Source: a virus
Taxonomy: Duplodnaviria > Heunggongvirae > Uroviricota > Caudoviricetes
Direction: 5' to 3' (one strand)
Length of the DNA stretch: 64,000 nucleotides
Virus record (IMG/VR): IMGVR_UViG_3300028886_000031
Coordinates: 64,001-128,000 of that record
Positions 10,185 to 19,040 of the stretch are shown piece after piece; positions within the stretch are counted from its first letter, which is position 1; every line of letters starts with the position of its first letter. The translations under genes were made by a program, and so were the position numbers. Below the pieces are notes generated by a model. The model was not told the origin of the DNA and searched no databases. It saw nothing but the letters and a program-made list of their open reading frames with translations.

Positions 10185-10780
10185 ATACTGATGTCTGCTC
10201 AAAAATATTGCGTGTTGCTACATATGCTATGTCTGCAACGGCACTTGCCCAGAAGCTTGGTAAATCTAAGGGTTATATGATTGCTGATGAGATCCGTCAC
10301 CTTGTTGACAATGGTCAGCTGGTTGAGAATACGTCTGGCGCGTATCCTACTTACAAGGTTGCTGAGCAGCCTGTGAGCACCCGCGCTTGTCAGACGACTG
10401 CTCGTGATACGACTGTTGTTGCTGACACCGTAACTACGCCGGCTGCCAATAAGCTTCCGGAAGGATATGTTGTCTCGAAGGCTGGTAAGCGCAAGTCGGA
10501 TAACAAGGTTGGCCGTAAGGTCACTCTTCCGAATGGCACCAGCTATTTTGTTGAGAATGGTGATACTCTTGTAAATATCAACGATGGTGATTACGTGAAG
10601 ATTATCACCTCGAAGAATGGAGCTGTCCCTGAGGCTCAGATTTCTACTCTCATTGAGCAGTATACTCACGAGCGTTCTATGACCGCTTACACCATTAAGC
10701 ACAAGTTTGGATCCATCGGCCGTGATCAGGCTGTTGGTGTTCTTGACTATAAGATCACTAAGTGCAACAAGGCTGCATGA
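10181..10780 (+). CDS. wHTH-fused candidate ubiquitin-like (beta-grasp) modifier
   Basis: N-terminal HTH-like segment (SATALAQKLG..IRHLVDNGQL), Thr-rich linker, and a C-terminal ~70-aa strand-strand-helix-strand pattern ending in a small-residue tail (YKITKCNKAA). Lies directly upstream of E2/E1/JAB genes and has distinct GC-richer codon usage. The ORF is secure; the Ubl call is inferred. Confidence 0.5.
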   Translation: MNTDVCSKILRVATYAMSATALAQKLGKSKGYMIADEIRHLVDNGQLVENTSGAYPTYKVAEQPVSTRACQTTARDTTVVADTVTTPAANKLPEGYVVSKAGKRKSDNKVGRKVTLPNGTSYFVENGDTLVNINDGDYVKIITSKNGAVPEAQISTLIEQYTHERSMTAYTIKHKFGSIGRDQAVGVLDYKITKCNKAA

Positions 10781-10803
10781 TTTAATAGCTAGCAGCTAAA
10801 CTG

Positions 10804-10840
10804 ATTGCCGGACCTACGTATTAAACGTGGGTCCGGCAAT
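10804..10840 (+). terminator. 16-bp stem-loop between the candidate Ubl and E2 genes
   Basis: ATTGCCGGACCTACGT-ATTAA-ACGTGGGTCCGGCAAT with one G.U pair; only a weak T tract follows. Confidence 0.7.
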
Positions 10841-10856
10841 TTACTCGGAGAAACAA

Positions 10857-12581
10857 ATGTCAGAAGAAACACCTCAAACAAATAGTCAAGTAATAACTGA
10901 TGTAAAAACTGCACTTGTTAATGTTCTGAGAAATGATGCTTCGTTATGTAATTACGAAAGATTTACGGATTATGGAAAAATAGAAAGGGATAGTTATAAT
11001 GATAAGTATATGTGGACTACAATACAATGTGATTTGAATCATGATAATACAGCTAACAATTCTCAGATTATTAGAATTGTTAATAAAATGGATACGAAGT
11101 TTTTCACTATGCTATTTGGATATAACGGAAGCCCGTCTTCTATAGGTCTAGATAATGGCGTAGCTATTTTATATAGTAATATGTTAATAAATATGCCTTC
11201 TACGTCACGTGATAGACGTCAAACGAGAGTCGATGATTGTCTAAAGAGTTTAATTAGTAGAATGGTAAATTTGGATTGTACATTTAAAATCAAAGGAACG
11301 TGTTTAACAGCCCTTGATTTTATAGGTAAGAATCCAAATCATACCTCTACTGAAGCTGAATTCACATTTAATCTATATGAATATGTAAAAAAGTTTATTT
11401 TTATTGGAGATAAATGTTATCTACTTGCTGTAATGGATAAATATCATTATATATATGTTAGCCAGAAAACGCTGGAAATTATTTATAAGTTGGATACAAC
11501 TGCTGATAAATCACAATTTAGAGATGCTGTTTTGAAACTGTATGGATATGCTAGTTCTAATTGTTTGTTGATGTTAAATGTCCCAATGGCACAATATATC
11601 ACGAATGATATAACAAATCTCGTTATAAATGATACATTAAAAGATAATGTGTTTGCTGAATTAGATAAAAATGGCTCAAGTGATTTCAGTGAACTTTTTG
11701 AGTATAAATTTAACAATGATGCTGTGACGGATGATTATATCAAGAGTAATATTAAACAAATAATTTATACTTATGTAGATAATTATGTCAAGACATATTA
11801 TTGTTTAAAGGATTTTAGCTTTGTAAGCTTAATAGACAATATAAAGTATAAGATGAAAGGTCTTTATGCTAGCAAGATCAACGAAGCCTTTCGTAACGGA
11901 CTTGTAATATCTAGGGTTTGTCAACGGTGCGGGTGGAATATTTATGACAATAAGACATACCGTGATGTGAGACCGAGTACGATGAACTATAATAACCAGT
12001 ATATATGGAAAGATGTAAATATTATCCCAGATACATGCGTTCTCTATGATACTGATGCTAGAGATTTTGGAATAGATAAGTATAGAAAACTTAATGAAGC
12101 TGGAATTCATAAACTCAGAACCGAATATGGGATTTGTGTTAAAAGATTGTTTATATGTTTAAATGAAGGCACTATGCTATGTATTGGAAAGCATCCTAAT
12201 GTCTCTTCGTCCGGTCAAGTCTGTATGGGAGATATAAAAGGAACAATTGTTTTCCAGGATGTATCAGATGATGTAATAATATCTAACTTAGCAACATGTG
12301 AAAAATTACTGACATGTATTCATTATGCTAGTTCATATACAAGTAGTGGTCAGAATGTATTTACAAATCCAGATTACAGTTTGGACTATAAGAATTTTGT
12401 AAATGGATTTGATTCTGATAAATCGGCAAGAGAAGCTGCAAAGAAAGATGAAAATTTAATAAAGAACGCTGTGCAGTTGGAAGATGACTTTGAAGAAGAA
12501 TCCATGGATTCTTCAGATAATTCTTCGACCGAGCAACAAGGTTCTGGAATAATAGAATCTGATGACTTTGAGGAGATATAA
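10857..12581 (+). CDS. Large protein with C-terminal E2 (ubiquitin-conjugating-like) domain
   Basis: ATG at 10857 after GGAG. HPNVSSSGQVCMGD (12192-12233) matches the E2 HPN[VI]xxxGxxC catalytic signature and is followed by a helix and an acidic tail. Confidence 0.72.
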   Translation: MSEETPQTNSQVITDVKTALVNVLRNDASLCNYERFTDYGKIERDSYNDKYMWTTIQCDLNHDNTANNSQIIRIVNKMDTKFFTMLFGYNGSPSSIGLDNGVAILYSNMLINMPSTSRDRRQTRVDDCLKSLISRMVNLDCTFKIKGTCLTALDFIGKNPNHTSTEAEFTFNLYEYVKKFIFIGDKCYLLAVMDKYHYIYVSQKTLEIIYKLDTTADKSQFRDAVLKLYGYASSNCLLMLNVPMAQYITNDITNLVINDTLKDNVFAELDKNGSSDFSELFEYKFNNDAVTDDYIKSNIKQIIYTYVDNYVKTYYCLKDFSFVSLIDNIKYKMKGLYASKINEAFRNGLVISRVCQRCGWNIYDNKTYRDVRPSTMNYNNQYIWKDVNIIPDTCVLYDTDARDFGIDKYRKLNEAGIHKLRTEYGICVKRLFICLNEGTMLCIGKHPNVSSSGQVCMGDIKGTIVFQDVSDDVIISNLATCEKLLTCIHYASSYTSSGQNVFTNPDYSLDYKNFVNGFDSDKSAREAAKKDENLIKNAVQLEDDFEEESMDSSDNSSTEQQGSGIIESDDFEEI

Positions 12582-12582
12582 A

Positions 12583-12885
12583 ATGAGATATTCAGAGAGG
12601 TGTGTCTCAATAAGACCACATAAAAATTCACAACGGTATTGTCAGGATTTTGAAGTGATAAAATATGATCCAGACGATGATATTGGAAATATAACATATC
12701 AAACGGACACACAGCCAATATTATCGAATGAATTCTGTAAAATTTCGATTGATTGGGATGATAGAAAAATCTATTTAAAATGTATTGATAATAAAGGAAA
12801 TATCTTAATTAAAAAGACTTTAAAAAATAAAGTAGCAACTCCGGCAGTATTGCAACCACAGGAACCTGAAAGTGAGGAATCTTAA
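12583..12885 (+). CDS. Hypothetical protein within the Ubl-system cluster
   Basis: ATG at 12583 after GAGGAG; beta-rich, about 100 aa. Confidence 0.65.
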   Translation: MRYSERCVSIRPHKNSQRYCQDFEVIKYDPDDDIGNITYQTDTQPILSNEFCKISIDWDDRKIYLKCIDNKGNILIKKTLKNKVATPAVLQPQEPESEES

Positions 12886-12887
12886 GA

Positions 12888-13751
12888 ATGTCTAGCGCTG
12901 ATCTCTATAATAGACAAGAAAAATTGCAGCTTATTAATTATGATAATGCTGTTGTAATAGGATGTGGCGGAATAGGAAATTGGGTAGCTTTAGATTTAGC
13001 ATTGTCTGGAATGGTAGGTAGTCTTTATTTGATTGACCCAGATACAATTGAAGAGTCAAATCTAAATAGAACTTTATTTGATTACACGGATATAGGATGT
13101 TATAAAGTAGATTGTGTAACTGATCAAATAATAAGAAGAAGACCAAATCAAATAATAAACAAAATGAAATGTTTTATGAATGATAGTTTAGCGGAGAAAT
13201 TTATAGAGAAACTGTTTAATGGTGATAATTCTTATTATCATACAGATACTGTTTTTGTAGATTGTCGTGATGATATATACACTGATTGTTATCAGTTAAA
13301 TTGCAAACTGTATAAAGTTGGATATGATGGAACGGAGATAACAATAGACGGCAATCCAAGATTAACGGAAGTTCATGGTCAGCGTGGTGGATCATATTCT
13401 GTTACTCCATCTTATGTCGGATCCGCTCAGCTTGCAGCAATTCTTGTTGTAAATGATTTGTTATATCCAAAACATACAGATATGTATAGGCGTGATGGTT
13501 CTAATATGCCAACTAGACATGCTATATACAAATGGGCAAAGAAAGAGGATTTTCCATATATCAATCAGAGACCTTGTTTTGAATTTGATGAAATTGGAAG
13601 GTTAAATGATACAATCAATATCAATGTTTCAGATATTCTTCAGAAATTTATGGAAAATAATCACCAGTATGTTATTCCCAATGAAACTTGGGACAATCTT
13701 CCAAACAAAGTCACAGAGGAGTCTGAAAACAATGGAACAGAACAACAATGA
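12888..13751 (+). CDS. ThiF/MoeB/E1-family adenylating enzyme
   Basis: YNRQ, VIGCGGIG, LIDPDTIEESNLNR, DIG.YK and VDCRD motifs. Confidence 0.92.
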   Translation: MSSADLYNRQEKLQLINYDNAVVIGCGGIGNWVALDLALSGMVGSLYLIDPDTIEESNLNRTLFDYTDIGCYKVDCVTDQIIRRRPNQIINKMKCFMNDSLAEKFIEKLFNGDNSYYHTDTVFVDCRDDIYTDCYQLNCKLYKVGYDGTEITIDGNPRLTEVHGQRGGSYSVTPSYVGSAQLAAILVVNDLLYPKHTDMYRRDGSNMPTRHAIYKWAKKEDFPYINQRPCFEFDEIGRLNDTININVSDILQKFMENNHQYVIPNETWDNLPNKVTEESENNGTEQQ

Positions 13752-14619
13752 GATAGATAATATTTGTCCGAAGATAACTGGGTTTTCTGAATCTACTTCA
13801 GAATCCGAGGAATTGGAAATGTTTGACGATGAAGATCTTATGGAAGCAGAATCTGTAAATGTGACCAGTGATAAAAAATTTGATCCTAAGTCTATTGAAG
13901 TTGGTGAATATATAAACAAGGATATAGTTCCGGTTAAAAGGATTAAATGTATTATTCCATCTAAACTTTTAGATAGTATTAGGGAGATCGAAATAGGTGT
14001 CAATAAGAAATTTGGATCATCTAATGAATTCTCTATATTCATTCATGGTGATTATGATCCGAATGGATATTTGGTTGTTAGTGAGGATTTTTATATTCCA
14101 AAGCAAGTTGTATCTGGTGCATCTGTTCAATATAATGAAGAACCAGAACCACATTATAATGGATGTTTGCATAAGCATCCAGATGGATGTACAAGTTTTA
14201 GTGGAACGGATGAAAAATATATTAATAGCAATTTTGATTTTTCATTGCTATATGTTCAGCAAAAAATATCTAAAGGAATTATTAATATTCATTATGATGG
14301 CATACATAGAATACAATGTGATCTGAATATTCAAATGGATAACGAAAAATGTGTATGCGGAATTAACATTGATAATATAACAAAAAATGTTCCGAAGACT
14401 TATCAATTAAACAGACCTTATAATCCATTGGATGTTCCTACTCTTCCAGGAATGTATTTTCCTGGATTTAATGAAAAAACTGGAAAAGAAACAAAGGAGA
14501 TAATAATGCCGCATGTATATCCAAATGCACTAAATTTAGATGATGAATCAGAACCGGAAACGGATTCTATGGAATTCTTTTCCGATCCGGAATTATATCC
14601 TAACTTGCTAGGTGATTAA
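13732..14619 (+). CDS. JAB/MPN+ metallo-isopeptidase
   Basis: NEFSIF (catalytic Glu), IPKQVV and HKHPDGCTSFSGTD (HxH-x7-S-x2-D JAMM motif). Confidence 0.87.
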   Translation: MEQNNNEIDNICPKITGFSESTSESEELEMFDDEDLMEAESVNVTSDKKFDPKSIEVGEYINKDIVPVKRIKCIIPSKLLDSIREIEIGVNKKFGSSNEFSIFIHGDYDPNGYLVVSEDFYIPKQVVSGASVQYNEEPEPHYNGCLHKHPDGCTSFSGTDEKYINSNFDFSLLYVQQKISKGIINIHYDGIHRIQCDLNIQMDNEKCVCGINIDNITKNVPKTYQLNRPYNPLDVPTLPGMYFPGFNEKTGKETKEIIMPHVYPNALNLDDESEPETDSMEFFSDPELYPNLLGD

Positions 14620-15683
14620 TGAAAATAATTTGTATTGGTGATATTCATGCTAGCGGGTTCGGGGATGACCCGCTAGTAGATAACCTCCCAGAAAGATTAT
14701 ATTATATAAAGAAATCCCTTGAATATATAATGGATTATGGCAGAAAAAACGGAATAGAACATTATGTAATTCTTGGTGATGTTTACCATGATAAAACAAT
14801 TATATATAATACAAGTCAGGCAATGTTGCTTGATTTCTTTAAGCAGTATGAAGATAGAACATTTTATATAATAAGTGGAAACCACGATTTATCATCTACT
14901 GGTGAAAACCAAAAGTCTGCAATACTGGCTCTTGGTGAATTGAATAATGTTCAGTGCTTTACAAAACCAGTAATTATAAATAAAAGTCAATTTGTTAAAG
15001 TAGATACTCCATTGTTCTTTGTACCATATTCAGGAAACTTTCTAGATAGTATAAAGAACTTTAAGAACATAGAACCTGATACAATATTGTTTTCACACAT
15101 AGGTTTAAATGAGGCTGTTCTACAATCTGGTTTGAGTAGAGTTGACAAACTTAAATTATCTGATCTAAAACAGTTTAAATTAGCAATATTGGGTCATTAT
15201 CATAAACCTCAAGATTTTGGTAATGATCAGACTCATGTATGGTATGCTGGATCTCTTATTCCAAGAGACTGGAATGATAAAAATGAAAAGAAAAGGTTTC
15301 TAGTTCTAGATACAATTACTAAAGAAGTTCAAAGTGTAGATTTAGATTGTGGTGTTCCACAGTATATTGAGATTGTAATTCCTCCTAAGAGTACTCCTGA
15401 ATTCATTACATCTGAAATGAATAGAGCTAAAATTATAAAGAAACAAGGAAATAAAGTTCGAGTTATTAATAAAAACAATCCGAAAATCAAAGAAGATGAT
15501 ATATCCGATATGATTGTATTGGAACAGCAGGAAATAGATGTTACAAATCGTGGAATCACGGTTGAGCAATCTAAACTGGATCAATGCAAGAAATACATGG
15601 AAATTAAAAACATTCCGGAAGATGAACGTGAGGCATATTTAAAAGTGCTAAATGATTCTAAACTCTTGGAGGTGACAGAATGA
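14619..15683 (+). CDS. sbcD: Mre11/SbcD-like nuclease (T4 gp47-like)
   Basis: Calcineurin-like phosphoesterase motifs GDIH, GDVYH, GNHD, SH and GHYH; TAATG-coupled to the JAB gene. Confidence 0.92.
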   Translation: MKIICIGDIHASGFGDDPLVDNLPERLYYIKKSLEYIMDYGRKNGIEHYVILGDVYHDKTIIYNTSQAMLLDFFKQYEDRTFYIISGNHDLSSTGENQKSAILALGELNNVQCFTKPVIINKSQFVKVDTPLFFVPYSGNFLDSIKNFKNIEPDTILFSHIGLNEAVLQSGLSRVDKLKLSDLKQFKLAILGHYHKPQDFGNDQTHVWYAGSLIPRDWNDKNEKKRFLVLDTITKEVQSVDLDCGVPQYIEIVIPPKSTPEFITSEMNRAKIIKKQGNKVRVINKNNPKIKEDDISDMIVLEQQEIDVTNRGITVEQSKLDQCKKYMEIKNIPEDEREAYLKVLNDSKLLEVTE

Positions 15684-16003
15684 GTGACATATACACAAAT
15701 TCCAAAAATCTTCGTAATGTTCCAATACCATATGAATTTCCAAATATGGCTGATTTATGTATGAATAACGGACATCCTTACGATGGATACGTAGATTTCA
15801 TGGTAATAACGGATTCTGATTTTGAAAGGGATATGTTGTTGCAAGATAAATTGATAAATGCCGAAACATTAATACATAGTAGAATTAGAGCTGAATATCC
15901 AAATAGAAGATATAATTTAAAATTAAGTGTTGGTTGTACGATAGGTCATGTTTATTATAGATTATATTATCTGCTTGATTTCTTAGACAATAATCGCTGG
16001 TAA
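15680..16003 (+). CDS. Hypothetical protein
   Basis: ATGA-coupled 107-aa ORF. Confidence 0.65.
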   Translation: MSDIYTNSKNLRNVPIPYEFPNMADLCMNNGHPYDGYVDFMVITDSDFERDMLLQDKLINAETLIHSRIRAEYPNRRYNLKLSVGCTIGHVYYRLYYLLDFLDNNRW

Positions 16004-16017
16004 GAGAAAGGATCAAA

Positions 16018-16350
16018 ATGATAAGGAACGATTTCGTATCAAATAGTTCTTCGTCCAGTTTTGTTGTTGGATTTGTAACTAAAAAAGATTTTGTCGATTT
16101 CAAAAATAAAATATTAGATGAATGGGGTCGAGATAATAAGTTCGGAAAATTATTAGAACAATATTTTGAAAATAATATTCAAGATAAAGATGATTATGAT
16201 GAAGAAAGAGTCGATAAATACGAAGTATTACTTAGAGGATTATACCAATCTACAGAAGATGATTTTGAAACATTGGCACCAGGACTTTTAGTATACGAGC
16301 ATATTTCGTATGGTGATGAAAATGAAGGAATTCAGCTTCTTTATGATTAA
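16018..16350 (+). CDS. Small protein of the MxIRxxFVSNSSSSSF family seen in large phages
   Basis: N-terminus MIRNDFVSNSSSSSFVV. Confidence 0.7.
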   Translation: MIRNDFVSNSSSSSFVVGFVTKKDFVDFKNKILDEWGRDNKFGKLLEQYFENNIQDKDDYDEERVDKYEVLLRGLYQSTEDDFETLAPGLLVYEHISYGDENEGIQLLYD

Positions 16351-16365
16351 AAAGAAAGGATTCGT

Positions 16366-18993
16366 ATGATTAACTTTATATTGGATAAAATCCAGTTGAG
16401 AAATGTTCGTAGATATGGTGATGAAATGATGGAAATGGATTTTCCATTAAACAACCTTACTGTATTTACAGGGAAGGTCGGTGCTGGAAAATCCACAATC
16501 CTTAAAGCTGTTTCAATGGCTTTATATGGAGATGATGGTGGTGCAAAAAACCAAAAATTATCTATAGATGATCTTGTAAATGAAAAGAATAAAAAGAATT
16601 TGGAAATACATTTGTATTTTCATTCTACTGTAGATGATAAACCAGAGGAAACAAAATATGAAATACATTTGTTTCATAAACATTCAAAATATAATAATAA
16701 ACTTGTATTTGTAAAAGATGGAAAAGATATATCACTTGCAAGTAAAACTGAGACGTATGAGTTAATCGAAAGAACGTTAATTCCCAGCAGCGTTTATCAT
16801 AATACATACTATTTTACCCAAAACTGCAAGAATTTCTTTACATCATTAACAAATTCAGAACAGAAAGAGATATTTAACTCTATATTGGATCTTTCAGAAT
16901 ATGAAAGTTATTATGAAAACACTAAGAAGGAACTTGAAAAAGTAACTTCTGATTGTGAGAAATTAAATTCTACATATCTTGTACAACAAGAGAAAGTAAA
17001 GAATTTAGAGAATAACATAGAAGATAAAAAGAAGAATTATGATTATCAGGTTACAACATCTAAAGGTAAAATTTCTATTATAGAGCAGAAATTAGAAGCT
17101 GCTGGAATGGAGTTAGATAGATTAACAGAGGAAATAGAAAAATATGGTAATGTAGATGACGAACTTGTTAAATTGGAAATGCAGAATCAAGAACGTCGTC
17201 TAAATATGGAATCAGAAACAACTAAGTTAAAAGAAGAATATAAAAAACTTATGGATGATTTCGATTCTAATGAGGTTCATAATACTAAGCAAAAGTATAT
17301 AAATCTCAGAGGAGAACGTTCTCGTGATATTCAATCTAAGATTCAAAATATTAATGCTGAGATAGAGAAATTAAAAGTTGAAGAAGAGAAGATGTTAGCT
17401 GAAATAGATTCCAAATCATCAGATAAAATATCTGAGTTAATGTCTGAAAAAAATGATGTTATTTCTAATAAAAAAGATGAGATTAAGAAATATGAATTGG
17501 AAGTTGCTAAATTGGGTTCAGAATGCCATCGTCAGGAATTATTAGTACAAGATGAGACGAGAAAACAAATAAGCGAAATAGAAAAGAAAATAAGTGTAGA
17601 AAGAGAATTTATTTTTCAAACAGATGCTGGTTTAAATCTATTAAGGACTGAGTATACAGATAAAATTTCTAAACTTAAGAATTATAGAGAAGCACTAGAT
17701 AAACCAGATGCTATATGTTCTGAATGTGGTCAAAAATTGGTTAATAAAGACCATATTAGAAAACATATTGTTGAATTAGAAAAAGAGTTAGAAAAGATTA
17801 AATCTGAAGGTATTAAAGGTAAAGAAGCAAAAGATAAACGTCAAAAAACAATTGATGAGTATAATAAACAAATAGAAGATTTAGAAAATAATTTAAAATC
17901 TAAAATAAAAGAACTTGTTCAAAAGAAGGATGAAGATTCTAAAGAATTTAAGTCTAAATTGGATATATTGTATAAGGAAGTAGATAAGATAAATGATGAA
18001 TATTTTATTAAGGTAAATGAGGTTAAAGAATCAAAAATACAATTAAAGAATACAATTATGGAGTCATCTATTAAAGATGGTGATTTAAAGAAATCTGAAT
18101 TGGAATCTTTGAAAAAAGAACAATTAGAAATAGATAATCAAATTAAAGCTGAATATAAAGAAGAACTAGATAAACTTCGTGAAGGATTAAATAAGAAATT
18201 AGAAGATATCAAACAGAAAATTCAAGATATTGAATCTAGTTATTCTAATTATAAACAGACAACTTACATAGAAAAATATCAAGATTTAAAAATTCGTAAA
18301 ACGAATCTGGATAATATAAAGAAGGAACAAGATGATTGTAATATTTGTATAGAGAAATACAAGAATGAAATTAAAGTGATTAATGAAGGAATAGAATCCT
18401 CTAAGCAATTTTGTGATAACTATCTTAAGGAATATGAAGTTCTTCTAAATACAGAGAATGACAAAATAAATAAAATGAATCAGGATCTTAAGGAATATAA
18501 TAAGAAGAAAGAAATACTGGAGTTCTGGAAAGTGGCGTTTTCTGATACTGGAATTAAATCTATGTTAATAGATTCCGCGTTACCACATATGAACGAATGC
18601 GTCAGTACAGAACTAGAAAGAACTGCACCTGGAAAGTTTACGGTTTCGTTTGATACATTGTCTGAAACGAAGTCAGGTAAGATTCGTGATAAATTTAATA
18701 TCAATATTTTGAATAACGAAACTCAATCTACGGGTCATAAGAAATTGTCCGGAGGCGAAATGAGGATCGTAGATTTGTGCTGTATGTCGGCATTAAGATC
18801 TCTAGCTGAAAGATTATATCAAAAGAGATTCTTCCATATCTTCTATGATGAGATATTGGATTCTCTGGATGATGAGTGTAAACAGATGTTCTGTGCTAAT
18901 GTTAAGGTTCAATCCACAACAGGTAGAAATATAACATTGGTAACACACGATCTTCCGGATGATGTAGATCCAGATAGAGTGTTTCCGTTCTAA
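16366..18993 (+). CDS. sbcC: Rad50/SbcC-like SMC ATPase (T4 gp46-like)
   Basis: Walker A GKVGAGKS, Q-loop FTQ, long coiled coil with CSECG zinc hook, LSGGE signature, FYDE Walker B, VTH. Confidence 0.94.
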   Translation: MINFILDKIQLRNVRRYGDEMMEMDFPLNNLTVFTGKVGAGKSTILKAVSMALYGDDGGAKNQKLSIDDLVNEKNKKNLEIHLYFHSTVDDKPEETKYEIHLFHKHSKYNNKLVFVKDGKDISLASKTETYELIERTLIPSSVYHNTYYFTQNCKNFFTSLTNSEQKEIFNSILDLSEYESYYENTKKELEKVTSDCEKLNSTYLVQQEKVKNLENNIEDKKKNYDYQVTTSKGKISIIEQKLEAAGMELDRLTEEIEKYGNVDDELVKLEMQNQERRLNMESETTKLKEEYKKLMDDFDSNEVHNTKQKYINLRGERSRDIQSKIQNINAEIEKLKVEEEKMLAEIDSKSSDKISELMSEKNDVISNKKDEIKKYELEVAKLGSECHRQELLVQDETRKQISEIEKKISVEREFIFQTDAGLNLLRTEYTDKISKLKNYREALDKPDAICSECGQKLVNKDHIRKHIVELEKELEKIKSEGIKGKEAKDKRQKTIDEYNKQIEDLENNLKSKIKELVQKKDEDSKEFKSKLDILYKEVDKINDEYFIKVNEVKESKIQLKNTIMESSIKDGDLKKSELESLKKEQLEIDNQIKAEYKEELDKLREGLNKKLEDIKQKIQDIESSYSNYKQTTYIEKYQDLKIRKTNLDNIKKEQDDCNICIEKYKNEIKVINEGIESSKQFCDNYLKEYEVLLNTENDKINKMNQDLKEYNKKKEILEFWKVAFSDTGIKSMLIDSALPHMNECVSTELERTAPGKFTVSFDTLSETKSGKIRDKFNINILNNETQSTGHKKLSGGEMRIVDLCCMSALRSLAERLYQKRFFHIFYDEILDSLDDECKQMFCANVKVQSTTGRNITLVTHDLPDDVDPDRVFPF

Positions 18994-19040
18994 AAAGACT
19001 TTAAATAAAATCACTTGAATATATTGTGGAGATAACTTTT

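Noticed and set aside
10199-10702. 167-aa antisense ORF and the many other short opposite-strand ORFs in the track
   Set aside because: They lie wholly within better-supported genes, show no motifs, and are explained by codon bias on the coding strand.
12888-13751. ThiF as a thiamine, molybdopterin or tRNA-thiolation enzyme
   Set aside because: No ThiS/MoaD with a GG end, ThiG, MoaE or rhodanese is nearby; the neighbours are E2-like and JAB genes.
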